Shown here in pieces: positions 38,473 through 48,649 of a stretch of 64,000 bases of DNA. The stretch is taken from the IMG/VR virus record IMGVR_UViG_3300035520_000529, positions 1 to 64,000 of that record. One strand, written 5' to 3'. The first letter of the stretch is position 1; each line of letters opens with the position of its first letter. The DNA is from a virus (lineage: Duplodnaviria; Caudoviricetes). Position numbers and translations under genes: made by a program. The notes under the pieces were generated by a model. The model was not told where the DNA came from and searched no databases. It was given only the letters and a program-made list of their open reading frames with translations.

Positions 38473-38499
38473 AACTTGTACCCAAGTTGGGTACAGGTT
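38473..38499. repeat. 27-bp palindrome, candidate parS copy 3
   Basis: AACTTGTACCCAA-G-TTGGGTACAGGTT. Confidence 0.75.
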
Positions 38500-38524
38500 A
38501 AATATTAGAAAGTGAGAAAAAATT

Positions 38525-39040
38525 ATGAAAATTTTAGGAAATGAGTTATACTTTTCAAAAGTTAAACCTAAAGCAATTATTCCAAACAAAACGGATGAGA
38601 ACGCAGGGTATGATATTTATGCGTGTTTTGATGAAGAGTACTTAGAAATCAAGCCACACACTACAGAATTAATTCCTAGTGGCATAGCTAGTGCTTTTAG
38701 CGATGATTATTATATTCAAATTCAAGAGAGAGGTTCTACTGGAGCGTTAGGAATTAAGTATTCCGCAGGAGTAATAGATTCCTCATATCGTGGAGAGTGG
38801 TTTATTGCAATTACGAATACAAATAGCAAGAGCGTAATTATTACAAGTTTAGACAAGTTTGAAGTTGCGGAAAGGTTTCCAAACTTAGATGATTTTATAT
38901 TATATCCTAAAAATAAGGCAATTGCACAAGCAATAGTACATAGAGTTCCAAAGATGGATGTTAAAGAAATATCATATGAAGAACTAAGAGAGTTTAAGTC
39001 TATTCGTGGTGATGGAAAACTAGGCTCAAGCGGAAAGTAG
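38525..39040 (+). CDS. dut: Trimeric dUTPase
   Basis: AGYD, RGS, GVIDSSYRG, IAQ, RG.G.LGSSG. Confidence 0.93.
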   Translation: MKILGNELYFSKVKPKAIIPNKTDENAGYDIYACFDEEYLEIKPHTTELIPSGIASAFSDDYYIQIQERGSTGALGIKYSAGVIDSSYRGEWFIAITNTNSKSVIITSLDKFEVAERFPNLDDFILYPKNKAIAQAIVHRVPKMDVKEISYEELREFKSIRGDGKLGSSGK

Positions 39041-39110
39041 ATATGATATTATATAAAATAAACTTATGTAAGTGTTTTAAAATCAAAGATAAAAAGAAAG
39101 GAAAATAATC

Positions 39111-39989
39111 ATGGCATTAGTAGAATACACAGCAAGTGGAAAAATAGACAAGGTAGCAAAGGCAATTGAGCGTATAAAAAATTTTGAGCCTATGGCAAAT
39201 GGGTTTGATGATAAACCTTATTACGTATGTTATAGTGGCGGTAAGGATAGCGACTGTATTAGGCTACTATGTGACTTAGCAAAAGTCCCATACGAATTAG
39301 TGTGCAATTGGACTGGTATAGATGCTCCAGAAACTTGGGAGTATATTCATACAATACCAAACTTAAGAATTGAAATGCCTAAAACGTCCATGTTTGAGTT
39401 GATAGTCAAGAAAGGTATGCCACCTACTAGGCTAATTAGGTACTGCTGTGCAGAACTTAAAGAACATGGCGGGGGGGGGCGTTTTTGTATGACTGGCGTA
39501 AGATGGGCAGAGTCAGTGAGACGTTCTAAGAACAGAGGTATGTTAGAAAGCATTGAGAAAAAACTTTCGGATAGAATTATCTTAAATAATGACAACACAC
39601 ACGATAGAAAAGTAATGGATGTATGTATGTCTCAACATAAACGTGTGTTAAATCCTATTATAGACTGGACTGATGAAGACGTTTGGGAATTTTTGCATTC
39701 GCAAGGTTGTGAGGGAAATCCATTATACAAGCGTGGCTTTAAACGTATTGGCTGTATTGGATGTCCACAACAGTATTATAAAGAACGTGAACGTGTGTTT
39801 GAGATGTATCCCAAGTATAAGAAGATGTATCTAAAGGCATTTGAGAAGATGTTAGAAGAACGTAAACGCATAGGTAAACCTTGTACATGGCAATCTGCTG
39901 AAGAGGTTTTTGACTGGTGGATGTATAGCGATGTTCGTAAACGTGCTAAGAAAAGAGAAGAGATGAAAAAACTTAAAAACAATGAGTAA
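39111..39989 (+). CDS. PAPS reductase family protein
   Basis: SGGKDS, RYCC..LK, GVRWAES, PI.DW, RIGCIGCP. Confidence 0.88.
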   Translation: MALVEYTASGKIDKVAKAIERIKNFEPMANGFDDKPYYVCYSGGKDSDCIRLLCDLAKVPYELVCNWTGIDAPETWEYIHTIPNLRIEMPKTSMFELIVKKGMPPTRLIRYCCAELKEHGGGGRFCMTGVRWAESVRRSKNRGMLESIEKKLSDRIILNNDNTHDRKVMDVCMSQHKRVLNPIIDWTDEDVWEFLHSQGCEGNPLYKRGFKRIGCIGCPQQYYKERERVFEMYPKYKKMYLKAFEKMLEERKRIGKPCTWQSAEEVFDWWMYSDVRKRAKKREEMKKLKNNE

Positions 39990-40005
39990 GGTAGTTTAAC
40001 AATGA

Positions 40006-40043
40006 TTGCCCCACCTCTAATAAGGGTGTAGGTGGGGCAGTTT
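40006..40043 (+). terminator. Terminator hairpin
   Basis: TTGCCCCACCT/AGGTGGGGCAG then TTT. Confidence 0.6.
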
Positions 40044-40073
40044 ATAACACGATAAAAAAAGGAGTGTTAACTT

Positions 40074-40262
40074 ATGAGTTTTGCTTGTATTAATGGCGGA
40101 GAGTGTAGTGGCTGTATGAAGTGCAGAGAGAGTAAAAATCATCTATTTTGTGATTGGTGTGGCAAAGAAATTTTTCACGATGAACGTTATTATGATATGG
40201 GTGACGAAACTGTTTGTGAAGATTGTATTGATGATTGTTGCAAAATTTATTATGGAGATTAA
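40074..40262 (+). CDS. Small Cys-rich zinc-binding protein
   Basis: Several CxxC pairs; AAGGAG RBS. Confidence 0.7.
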   Translation: MSFACINGGECSGCMKCRESKNHLFCDWCGKEIFHDERYYDMGDETVCEDCIDDCCKIYYGD

Positions 40263-40285
40263 AGTGTTTTGGAGGATAAATTATT

Positions 40286-40630
40286 ATGTATGAAGATAAT
40301 TGGAACGAAATTCATAATATGGTTTTAGGAAAATTTTACTACCTTAAGGATAAATTGCTTATCACTAAAAAGGAGCACTTACAAAAATTAGTGCATGATG
40401 ACATCATTAAAGAGATAGTTGCCAATCTTAACGCAGGATTTAAAAACTATTCTCAAAAAGAAATTATGGAAGCGTTAGAGGGGCTAAAACATAGAATTTG
40501 GAATATTTTGAGCAATATTAAAAATTGCACTCAATTTGTAGAAGTTGAAGCGTTGATGATAGTCAATGAATGGTATTTACTTTTACAATATCAAAATTAT
40601 AGTATAATTTCAATAGATGAAGATGAGTAA
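40286..40630 (+). CDS. Hypothetical protein
   Basis: GGAGG RBS. Confidence 0.6.
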   Translation: MYEDNWNEIHNMVLGKFYYLKDKLLITKKEHLQKLVHDDIIKEIVANLNAGFKNYSQKEIMEALEGLKHRIWNILSNIKNCTQFVEVEALMIVNEWYLLLQYQNYSIISIDEDE

Positions 40631-40632
40631 CG

Positions 40633-40896
40633 ATGGAGAAAATAATTATGAATAAGAGAATTACTAAAAGACATCAAAGCAAAGAGCAAGATTTCAAGTT
40701 AAATAGTAAAAATCACAAGTCAATTGCAGATACATTAAGGAATCCACATAATTGTAAGTATTGTGCTCACTGTAGTAATAAATTTCCTACATTTTGTATA
40801 TTGTATTGTTGTCCTTGTTGTGAAATTTCTAATTGTCAATCGTATTATTCTAACATAAAATATTTTAAATTATATGAATCTTTTTTTAAGAATTAA
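40633..40896 (+). CDS. Hypothetical Cys-rich protein
   Basis: ORF with CxxCxxC. Confidence 0.5.
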   Translation: MEKIIMNKRITKRHQSKEQDFKLNSKNHKSIADTLRNPHNCKYCAHCSNKFPTFCILYCCPCCEISNCQSYYSNIKYFKLYESFFKN

Positions 40897-40959
40897 AAAA
40901 GATTATTTTAAGTCAATCGTGTGACTATAAAAACTAATTTGAAAGGAAGTGTTCTAGAA

Positions 40960-42008
40960 ATGTTATTAGTAAATGAATTGTTTAGTGGTATAGGGAGTCA
41001 AAGACAAGCGTTGCAAAGGTTAGGAGTGCCTCATAGAATAGTAGGTATCAGTGAGATAGATAAGTACGCTATTCAGTCATACAATGCAATATTTGGTGAA
41101 ACTCGCAACTATGGGGATATTATGCAGATTGAAAAACTAGACTATGCTGACCTTTGGACGTACTCATTCCCGTGTACGGATATTTCAGTAGCAGGTAGAC
41201 AAGAGGGGATAATTAAAGGAGTAACACGTTCAGGATTGTTGTATGAAGTTCAAAGACTGCTAGAAAAGTCTAAAGAGTGCAATGAATTACCAAAGTATTT
41301 GTTATTAGAGAACGTCAAAAATTTAGTAGGTAAGAAGTTTAAACCTCAGTTTGATGCGTGGTTAGAATATCTAGATGCACTAGGCTACAATACATATTGG
41401 CAAGTGTTAAATGCTAAAGATTATGGAGTTCCACAGAATAGAGAGAGAGAGTATTCGCAGTAAGTATTCGAAAGGATATTGATACTAAGCAATTCACATT
41501 TTTGGAATATACTACATTTAATCCACCAGGTTTGCAATTATTACGATGTTTAGAACTTAATGTTGATGAGAAGTTCTATCTAAGTGAGAAAGTAGCTAGT
41601 AGGTTTAATCAAACCGATGCAACACTAACTAAGAATATCATAGGCACTGTAGTAAAGACTGATGATGGAAAAGAACGCATTGGACAAAGAGCGTTAGTAT
41701 ACAATCCCAGCGGAATAATTGGTACACTGACGGCTACTGATTATAAAGAACCTAAGAAAATTATTGAATTTTTACCACATGGTGGTTATAGACTTAGAAA
41801 ACTTACACCACTAGAATGTTGGAGATTAATGGGTCAATACGATGAGGACTTTTACAAGGCTAAAAATAGCGGTATTAGTGATAGTCAACTATACAAACAA
41901 GCAGGTAATTCCATAGTGGTCAATGTATTAGAATCCATCTTTACTGAATTAATTTTCGCTCAAGAGATAGAATTATCAGAAATCATATTCAGAAAGGAAG
42001 TTGTTTAA
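40960..42008 (+). pseudogene. C5-cytosine methyltransferase frameshifted at an (AG)6 tract (41440-41451)
   Basis: FSGIG, SFPC, ENV, QNRER in one frame; VFAVSIRKD...RKLTP.EC, YKQAGNS continue 2 nt out of frame. Confidence 0.85.
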
Positions 42009-43713
42009 AATGCTTGGAATAGAATATTATCCAACACCTAGGAAATTAGGAAAGTATTTAGTCAATGACATAGACTTTGCAAAGTTTAGCAATAAATACA
42101 TGACTATATTAGAACCTAGTGCAGGCGATGGAAATCTGTTAGAGAGTTTAATAGAAACTCATAATGAGTTTTGGAACGAAAAAGTATATTTTAAACCATA
42201 CGATAATTACGTTGAGAGAAAAGCCGTTAAGAAGCCTAATAGGTTTAACATAGATTGTATTGAGATAGACTCAAACCTTAAGAGCATTCTAAGGGGTAAG
42301 AAGTTTAAAGTAGTTAATGATGATTTTCTAAAGTTCAAAACGTTCAAACAATATGATTTAATTCTAATGAACCCACCATTCTCAAACGGCGACTTACATC
42401 TATTAAAAGCTATAGATGTAGCAGAAAGCGGTGGCTCTATTAGATGTATCTTGAACGCTGAAACCATAAAGAACCCTTATACTAATACTAGAAAACTACT
42501 ACTTCAAAAGTTAGAATGCTTAAATGCAAAAGTTGAGTATATGACAAGTGCATTTAGCAATGCAGAGCGTTCTACAGACGTTGAAATAGCAATCATTAGA
42601 ATAGACGTTCACAAAGAGTATGAGTGTGACTTATTAAAAAACCTTGAGAGAGATAAATCATTAGAAAAGTTAAGGGATATGATGTTTGAAGAAAATGTAG
42701 AAAATCAAATAATTGAACGTGAGGACACTGTCACTCAGTTAATTAACCGCTACAATGACGAAGTTAGAATGTCAGTTAAAGTTATAAACGAAGTCAACGC
42801 TATCAAACCACTGCTAACAACTGGTTTCAATGAATGTGATAGTCCAATATTAACTTTACACGTAAATGGTATAGACCGTAATTCGGCAAAAGATTATGAA
42901 TGCGATGGTGAAAACTTAATCAATTCAGTAATCAAAGTTATCCGAAAAAAGTATTGGTACGCACTGTTTGAAAGTGATGAACTATCGAAGTTGATGACTG
43001 ATGGTCTTAAGCAACAGTATTACTTACAATTAACCTCAATGAGTGACTATGATTTCAATAAACACAACATCTTACAATTAAAATTAGACCTAGTTAATAA
43101 CTTGCAAGTTAACTTAAACCAAGCGATAGTTTCATGCTTTGACAATTTTACCAAATATCATATGGATGAATATAGTAGTAATGTGCATTATTTTAATGGT
43201 TGGAAAACCAACAAATCATGGTACATTAACAAAAGGGTTATCATTCCAAAGAGCGGTTTAGTAGGTTACCAAGGAAATTGGGATATTTATTATGCTTTAA
43301 AGGATGAGCTGTCCACATTGGAAAAAGTGTTTAACTACCTAGATAATGACTATGACGGAATTTTAAATTCTGAGAATAACATAGTTAAAAAGTTATACGA
43401 TTTTCAGTTTTGTAATAGTAGTAATACTAGTAACGTCATAGTTGGAGAATATTTTGAGATTAAACTCTACAAGAAAGGTACATATCATATACACTTTACC
43501 AACTTGGAACTTCTAAAGAAGTTTAACCTCTACGCTTGTAAAGAAAAGGGTTGGTTACCATTTGGTTACGGCACTAAAGCATATAAAGACTTATCCAGAG
43601 AAGAGAAAGAGATAGTAGATAGTTTTGAGGGCGAGAAGTCTTATAACGAAACCTACGCAAACGCTAGTTACTATCTATCTAACAATAACGAAATTTTAAA
43701 GCTAATGGCTTGA
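42001..43713 (+). CDS. Amino DNA methyltransferase with DUF4942-like C-terminus
   Basis: YYPTP, LEPSAG.G, MNPPF, YKKGT.H..F. Confidence 0.82.
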   Translation: MFKMLGIEYYPTPRKLGKYLVNDIDFAKFSNKYMTILEPSAGDGNLLESLIETHNEFWNEKVYFKPYDNYVERKAVKKPNRFNIDCIEIDSNLKSILRGKKFKVVNDDFLKFKTFKQYDLILMNPPFSNGDLHLLKAIDVAESGGSIRCILNAETIKNPYTNTRKLLLQKLECLNAKVEYMTSAFSNAERSTDVEIAIIRIDVHKEYECDLLKNLERDKSLEKLRDMMFEENVENQIIEREDTVTQLINRYNDEVRMSVKVINEVNAIKPLLTTGFNECDSPILTLHVNGIDRNSAKDYECDGENLINSVIKVIRKKYWYALFESDELSKLMTDGLKQQYYLQLTSMSDYDFNKHNILQLKLDLVNNLQVNLNQAIVSCFDNFTKYHMDEYSSNVHYFNGWKTNKSWYINKRVIIPKSGLVGYQGNWDIYYALKDELSTLEKVFNYLDNDYDGILNSENNIVKKLYDFQFCNSSNTSNVIVGEYFEIKLYKKGTYHIHFTNLELLKKFNLYACKEKGWLPFGYGTKAYKDLSREEKEIVDSFEGEKSYNETYANASYYLSNNNEILKLMA

Positions 43714-43719
43714 TTTAGA

Positions 43720-45063
43720 ATGAGGAAATTCATATTGAAAGAAAGTAATAAATTAAAAGTAGTATCATTATTTTCGGGTTGTGGTGGATTAGACCTTGGG
43801 TTTATCAACGCTGGCTTTGAGATAATATGGGCAAATGACTTTTTCGAGGATGCTGTTAATTCATATCGTAAGAACATAGGACAACACATAGTGTATGGTG
43901 ATATTACTAAAATCTCCAGTTGTGACATACCTAACGGAGCTGATGTCATAATAGGGGGATTCCCTTGCCAAGGGTTTTCTGTCGCCAATATTAAACGTTC
44001 TATGGAGGACAAACGCAACTTCTTGTACAAAGAGATGTTAAGGGTTATCGCTGACAAAAAGCCTAAGTTTTTTGTAGCTGAGAACGTAAAAGGGTTACTA
44101 TCTATCGAGGGTGGAAGAGTGTTTGAGATGATAAAGTCCGACTTTGAGAACCTAAAGGATAGTGATGGCAACATAATCGGCTACAAAGTGGATGCACGAA
44201 TATTAAACTCTGCAGAGTACGGCGTGCCACAAGCACGAGAACGAGTTGTTATTATCGGTAATAGGATTGGAGTGGAGAACCCATACCCTAAGCCAACACA
44301 CTACGTTGTAGGCACATCCAGCAACACTAGTGGACTAATACAAGCAATAACTACAGAGCAAGCTATAGGCTTTTTGGCTAACAAGAAACTAACTAAGAAC
44401 GTCATACATATAAGCAAGGCGGAAATAAATGAACACATCCAAAAGACTGGATTACAAGACGTTGAGGGACTATATTCCATATTGGGGGTAACTCTTGACT
44501 GTGAAGAGATTCTTATAACTAACCACGTAGCATCCGAAAACGTTGCTGATACTTTTTGGGGACGTAAGTATGCAGTTAACCAATCTGACATTTGCGACTA
44601 TCTGCGATATTGGAGGGATAAGAGTGGTTGGACTACTAAGGCAGTTGACGAACATTTCGGATACTCTTACACTGCGGGGCATTGGTTTAGAAAGGATAAC
44701 AAGTCGGGTAGTATCCCCAAGCCTGAAGATTGGTGGGAGCTAAAGAAGATATTCGGCTTTGATGATACGTACGATAAAGCAGTTACTACGTTAGTTGAAA
44801 AAGAGATTCAGTTTGAACAGTCATTACGCATTACCAACTGGGACAGACCTAGCGACACCATCACTGCTACAAGTCCTGAAATACACGTTAACAAAATGCG
44901 TAGACTAAGTGCGAGAGAATGTGCTATCCTACAGACTTTCCCTCTTAGTTATGAGTTTACTGGTAGCTTGAACAAGATGTACACCCAAATTGGAAACGCA
45001 GTCCCAGTTAAACTCGCTACCAAGATAGCTGAGGGAATATATAATGTAATTAAGAAAGGATGA
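43720..45063 (+). CDS. C5-cytosine DNA methyltransferase
   Basis: FSGCGG, GGFPCQ, ENV, QARER, QIGNAVP. Confidence 0.93.
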   Translation: MRKFILKESNKLKVVSLFSGCGGLDLGFINAGFEIIWANDFFEDAVNSYRKNIGQHIVYGDITKISSCDIPNGADVIIGGFPCQGFSVANIKRSMEDKRNFLYKEMLRVIADKKPKFFVAENVKGLLSIEGGRVFEMIKSDFENLKDSDGNIIGYKVDARILNSAEYGVPQARERVVIIGNRIGVENPYPKPTHYVVGTSSNTSGLIQAITTEQAIGFLANKKLTKNVIHISKAEINEHIQKTGLQDVEGLYSILGVTLDCEEILITNHVASENVADTFWGRKYAVNQSDICDYLRYWRDKSGWTTKAVDEHFGYSYTAGHWFRKDNKSGSIPKPEDWWELKKIFGFDDTYDKAVTTLVEKEIQFEQSLRITNWDRPSDTITATSPEIHVNKMRRLSARECAILQTFPLSYEFTGSLNKMYTQIGNAVPVKLATKIAEGIYNVIKKG

Positions 45064-45069
45064 TATTTT

Positions 45070-45606
45070 TTGAACTATCATGATATTAAAGTAGACGATT
45101 TAAACAATGGAAGTGGTGTAAGAGTTACACTGTTTGTTAGTGGTTGTGAGCATAACTGTCTTGAATGTCACAACCCACAAACTCATGATGCTAATAGTGG
45201 ACGATTGTTTGATGAGAATGCAAAGAACTATATTTTTGAGTATTTAGCTAAAGATTACATAGACGGCATTACATTAAGTGGTGGTGACCCTCTCTATCCT
45301 ACAAATGTTGAGGATATTTTTGAACTAGTTAGTGAAATAAAAGATAAGTTTCATAACAAGACCATTTGGTTATATACTGGCTATACTTTAGACATTCCGA
45401 ATATATTTACTAGTAACAAGCCTAATTTATTAGAAAAACAGAGATATAATATTATTAGGTTATGTGATGTTGTAGTGGATGGTAACTTTGTTAAATCTTT
45501 AGCAGATATTAATTATCCGTATGCAGGTAGCACTAACCAAAGAGTTATTGATATTCAAAAGAGTTTCTTTAACCAAAAACTAACTCTCTTTGATAATACT
45601 CTATAA
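45070..45606 (+). CDS. nrdG: Anaerobic RNR activating radical-SAM protein
   Basis: GCxHxCxxCHN, LSGGDP, GSTNQR. Confidence 0.95.
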   Translation: MNYHDIKVDDLNNGSGVRVTLFVSGCEHNCLECHNPQTHDANSGRLFDENAKNYIFEYLAKDYIDGITLSGGDPLYPTNVEDIFELVSEIKDKFHNKTIWLYTGYTLDIPNIFTSNKPNLLEKQRYNIIRLCDVVVDGNFVKSLADINYPYAGSTNQRVIDIQKSFFNQKLTLFDNTL

Positions 45607-45616
45607 AAGGAAAAAC

Positions 45617-45647
45617 TTAACCTGTACCCAAGTTGGGTACAGGTTAA
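45617..45647. repeat. Palindrome, candidate parS copy 4, directly upstream of the parA promoter
   Basis: TTAACCTGTACCCAA-G-TTGGGTACAGGTTAA, perfect 15-1-15. Confidence 0.8.
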
Positions 45648-45664
45648 AAAGTTTAAAATAATTC

Positions 45665-45693
45665 TTGACAATCTGATAAAGCAATGCTATAAT
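45665..45693 (+). promoter_or_regulatory. parAB promoter
   Basis: TTGACA-17-TATAAT with TG extension. Confidence 0.85.
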
Positions 45694-45727
45694 TAAATCA
45701 TAAAAATTAATTTTGGAGGTGCTTTTT

Positions 45728-46546
45728 ATGATAATTACAATATGTAATTTTAAAGGCGGTGTTGGAAAGACTACAACTTGTCATGCACTAGCAACAGCAA
45801 AAGCATTGCAAGGCAACAAAGTCTTAGTGTTGGACTTAGACGGACAACACTCCTTAACCACATCTTGTGGTGTGGATGTTAAAAAGTTTGGCAATAGTAC
45901 AGTCACCATTAGTGACCTAATTATGGCAGATATTAAAAACATTGACTATGATGTTGATGATGTTCATGAAGCTATCATTGAGTTGAAGAACATAAACTTA
46001 ATTCCATCTACTAAAGTTCTATCATTCTGTGATAAAGAATTGACAATATCTAAAAAAGCAAACGTACTTGAAAATATTCTAAACAAAGTTAAAGATGAGT
46101 ACGATTACATATTTTTGGATTGCTCACCAACTAGAAATAGTCTTTGTGAGAATGCCCTATACGCTACAGATAGTGTTATTATTCCAGTAGAATCGTATTA
46201 TTTAGGTTCTGAGGGATTGTATGACTTTATAGAAATTGTAGATGAGATTAACAATAGGTTTAATAAAAATGTCTATATTGAGGGTATTATTTTAACTATG
46301 TTCCAAAATGCAAACCTTTGCAAGACTGTTAAGTCCTATATTTTAGATGCAATTAAAGGCAAAAATGTGAAGAACGCTATTAAAAGCTCTAAAGGAAACG
46401 AAATAAAAGTGTTTGAGCAGACTATTCCACGTTCCGTAAAGGTTTCCGAAGCTGGGTTATATGGTAAATCTATTATTGAGTATATGCCAAACAATCCAGT
46501 ATCTAAGCAGTATATGAAGATTGCAGAACAAATTAAGGTGGTGTAA
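45728..46546 (+). CDS. parA: ParA/Soj Walker-type ATPase
   Basis: KGGVGKTT, DLDGQ, LDCSP. Confidence 0.93.
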   Translation: MIITICNFKGGVGKTTTCHALATAKALQGNKVLVLDLDGQHSLTTSCGVDVKKFGNSTVTISDLIMADIKNIDYDVDDVHEAIIELKNINLIPSTKVLSFCDKELTISKKANVLENILNKVKDEYDYIFLDCSPTRNSLCENALYATDSVIIPVESYYLGSEGLYDFIEIVDEINNRFNKNVYIEGIILTMFQNANLCKTVKSYILDAIKGKNVKNAIKSSKGNEIKVFEQTIPRSVKVSEAGLYGKSIIEYMPNNPVSKQYMKIAEQIKVV

Positions 46547-46549
46547 ATT

Positions 46550-47467
46550 ATGGGATTGAAAGATAAACTATTAGAAAGCGGAAGTCTAACCGATTATATA
46601 GTGCAAACAAGTGTTGATAATGATGATATAGATATTATACAAATGATAAAGCTAACTAGTCTTGAAATTATCTCTAATCAACCTTTTAAGGAATATGTAA
46701 ACACATCTAGATACCAAAGCTTAAAGGAAAGTGTTAAACTTAATGGAATTACCAACCCTTTGATAGTTAGGCTCACTGACGATGGAAAGTATCAAATACT
46801 ATCGGGCAGACATAGGTATTTAGTAGCTAAAGAACTTAATCTTTTAGAAGTACCTTGTATAGTTAAGAAAAATCTTTCTGATGACGATGCAGAGATAATC
46901 TTACTAGACAGTAACCTATGTCAAAGAGAGGAACTATTACCATCAGAAAAGGCATTTTCATACAAGCAGAAGAACGATATTCTAAAAAGGAAAGGTGTGC
47001 GAACTGACCTATATAATGATAGTAATAAAGGCATAAAGTCGGTTGAAATTATTGCTAGTACTATGGGTAGTAGTAAGAGTGAAGTTATTCGTTACATAAG
47101 ACTTACTAACTTAATCCCTAAATTTTTAGATAGACTAGACAGTAAAACCATGCCAATTAGTGTGGGTTATGCTTTGAGTTTTTTGAGTGAAGATTCGCAA
47201 AAAATAGTCAATGATACTATCGAAAATAACGGTATAATAGTATCGTTAAAGATGGCGAATGCGTTGAAAGAACTATCTAACAATAGTATAAAAGTATCTA
47301 AAGAGGATATTGAGAGAGTGTTATTAAATAGCAGTCCAGTTTCAACCAAAACATCTCTAAAAAAACTTAGAACTGACTATCTATCAACATACTTTTCGGA
47401 TGATACCTCTGATGATGAAATGATTGAAACTATAAAGAAAGCTTTACAGTTGTACTTAAACAAATAG
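46550..47467 (+). CDS. parB: ParB CTPase/HTH partition protein
   Basis: NQPF, GI..PLIVR, LSGRHR, NL.QRE.L, RYIRL. Confidence 0.92.
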   Translation: MGLKDKLLESGSLTDYIVQTSVDNDDIDIIQMIKLTSLEIISNQPFKEYVNTSRYQSLKESVKLNGITNPLIVRLTDDGKYQILSGRHRYLVAKELNLLEVPCIVKKNLSDDDAEIILLDSNLCQREELLPSEKAFSYKQKNDILKRKGVRTDLYNDSNKGIKSVEIIASTMGSSKSEVIRYIRLTNLIPKFLDRLDSKTMPISVGYALSFLSEDSQKIVNDTIENNGIIVSLKMANALKELSNNSIKVSKEDIERVLLNSSPVSTKTSLKKLRTDYLSTYFSDDTSDDEMIETIKKALQLYLNK

Positions 47468-47475
47468 CGTGGAGC

Positions 47476-48633
47476 GTGAAAAATAAAATTATGCTATATA
47501 CTTTAATGCACCAAAATATTGAAGTTTTCGACCTAACTTTAGATGAAGATTCGGGTACGATAGTAGAGGTTGGAAAAGTTCACAATCCCGAACATATTCC
47601 TATAGGTGTGTGCTTTGATGGGCAGAACATACCTAAAAGAGAAGTTATACACTGGTGGAATGGTAGGTCTATACCTGTTAGCCGTTCGGGGTTGAGAAAC
47701 TTCATGTTGAAGTTAGACCTTACTGACGTCAACGTGTGGGTAAAAAAGAGCCTAGGTTTGAGTCTATCCGATCAGTATTGGATTAAGCCTAAAGATAGTT
47801 CAATACACTGGGAAGATGTGAACTTTTTCGACAACAACTTTTCGGAAGATATCGGCAAACTGTTAATGGGTTACAAGAGTGATTACGCAGTCTACGATTT
47901 TAAATCTCCTGATAGCACGTCTAATGGTTGGCTAAAAAAACGTTGGACTATCATAGATGGAAAGAGATATTTAATCAAAGGTAGCTCTACACTCTTTCAA
48001 GAGCCTTACAATGAGGTTATAGCTTCACACATTGCAGAAACTTTAGGCATACGCCATCAACCTTACAGACTAATCTACAACGAAAATAAGCCTTACTGCC
48101 AGTGTGAAAACTTTGTAACTCGTGATACCGAACTTGTGGATGCTAGTGCTATTGTGCATAGTGTAGAAAGACTTCCTAATGAGAGTAAGTTTGAACACTT
48201 TAAACGTAGTTGTGAACGTTGGAACATCCCAAACTTTAGTGAGCGTATGGACGAAATGTTAGTGCTAGATTACATTATAGCCAACCAAGATAGACACTTC
48301 GGAAACTTTGGGTTTATCCGAGACGTTAACACTTTGGAGTTCCTAGACTTTGCACCTATATTCGATTGCGGAACTTCATTACGTTATGACACACCCACTA
48401 AATATATTGATATCAGCCTTGACGTTGAGTCACAACCATTCTTAGACACACATTCCCAACAGATAACACTAATCAACGATTGGAGTAAGTTCGACCTATC
48501 CAAACTGGGCAACATCTCCAACTGGATACACAACTTCCTAACCTCGGGAGTAAACTCAATCTTCATAGATGAGGAACGCAGCGAGAAGTTGGCGACACTA
48601 GTCGAACGTAGAATAGACACACTAAAACAGTAG
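47476..48633 (+). CDS. HipA-family kinase
   Basis: G.L.KRW, LIKG, NEV, DRH.GN, APIFDCG. Confidence 0.85.
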   Translation: MKNKIMLYTLMHQNIEVFDLTLDEDSGTIVEVGKVHNPEHIPIGVCFDGQNIPKREVIHWWNGRSIPVSRSGLRNFMLKLDLTDVNVWVKKSLGLSLSDQYWIKPKDSSIHWEDVNFFDNNFSEDIGKLLMGYKSDYAVYDFKSPDSTSNGWLKKRWTIIDGKRYLIKGSSTLFQEPYNEVIASHIAETLGIRHQPYRLIYNENKPYCQCENFVTRDTELVDASAIVHSVERLPNESKFEHFKRSCERWNIPNFSERMDEMLVLDYIIANQDRHFGNFGFIRDVNTLEFLDFAPIFDCGTSLRYDTPTKYIDISLDVESQPFLDTHSQQITLINDWSKFDLSKLGNISNWIHNFLTSGVNSIFIDEERSEKLATLVERRIDTLKQ

Positions 48634-48649
48634 CTATTTTGCGAAAAAC

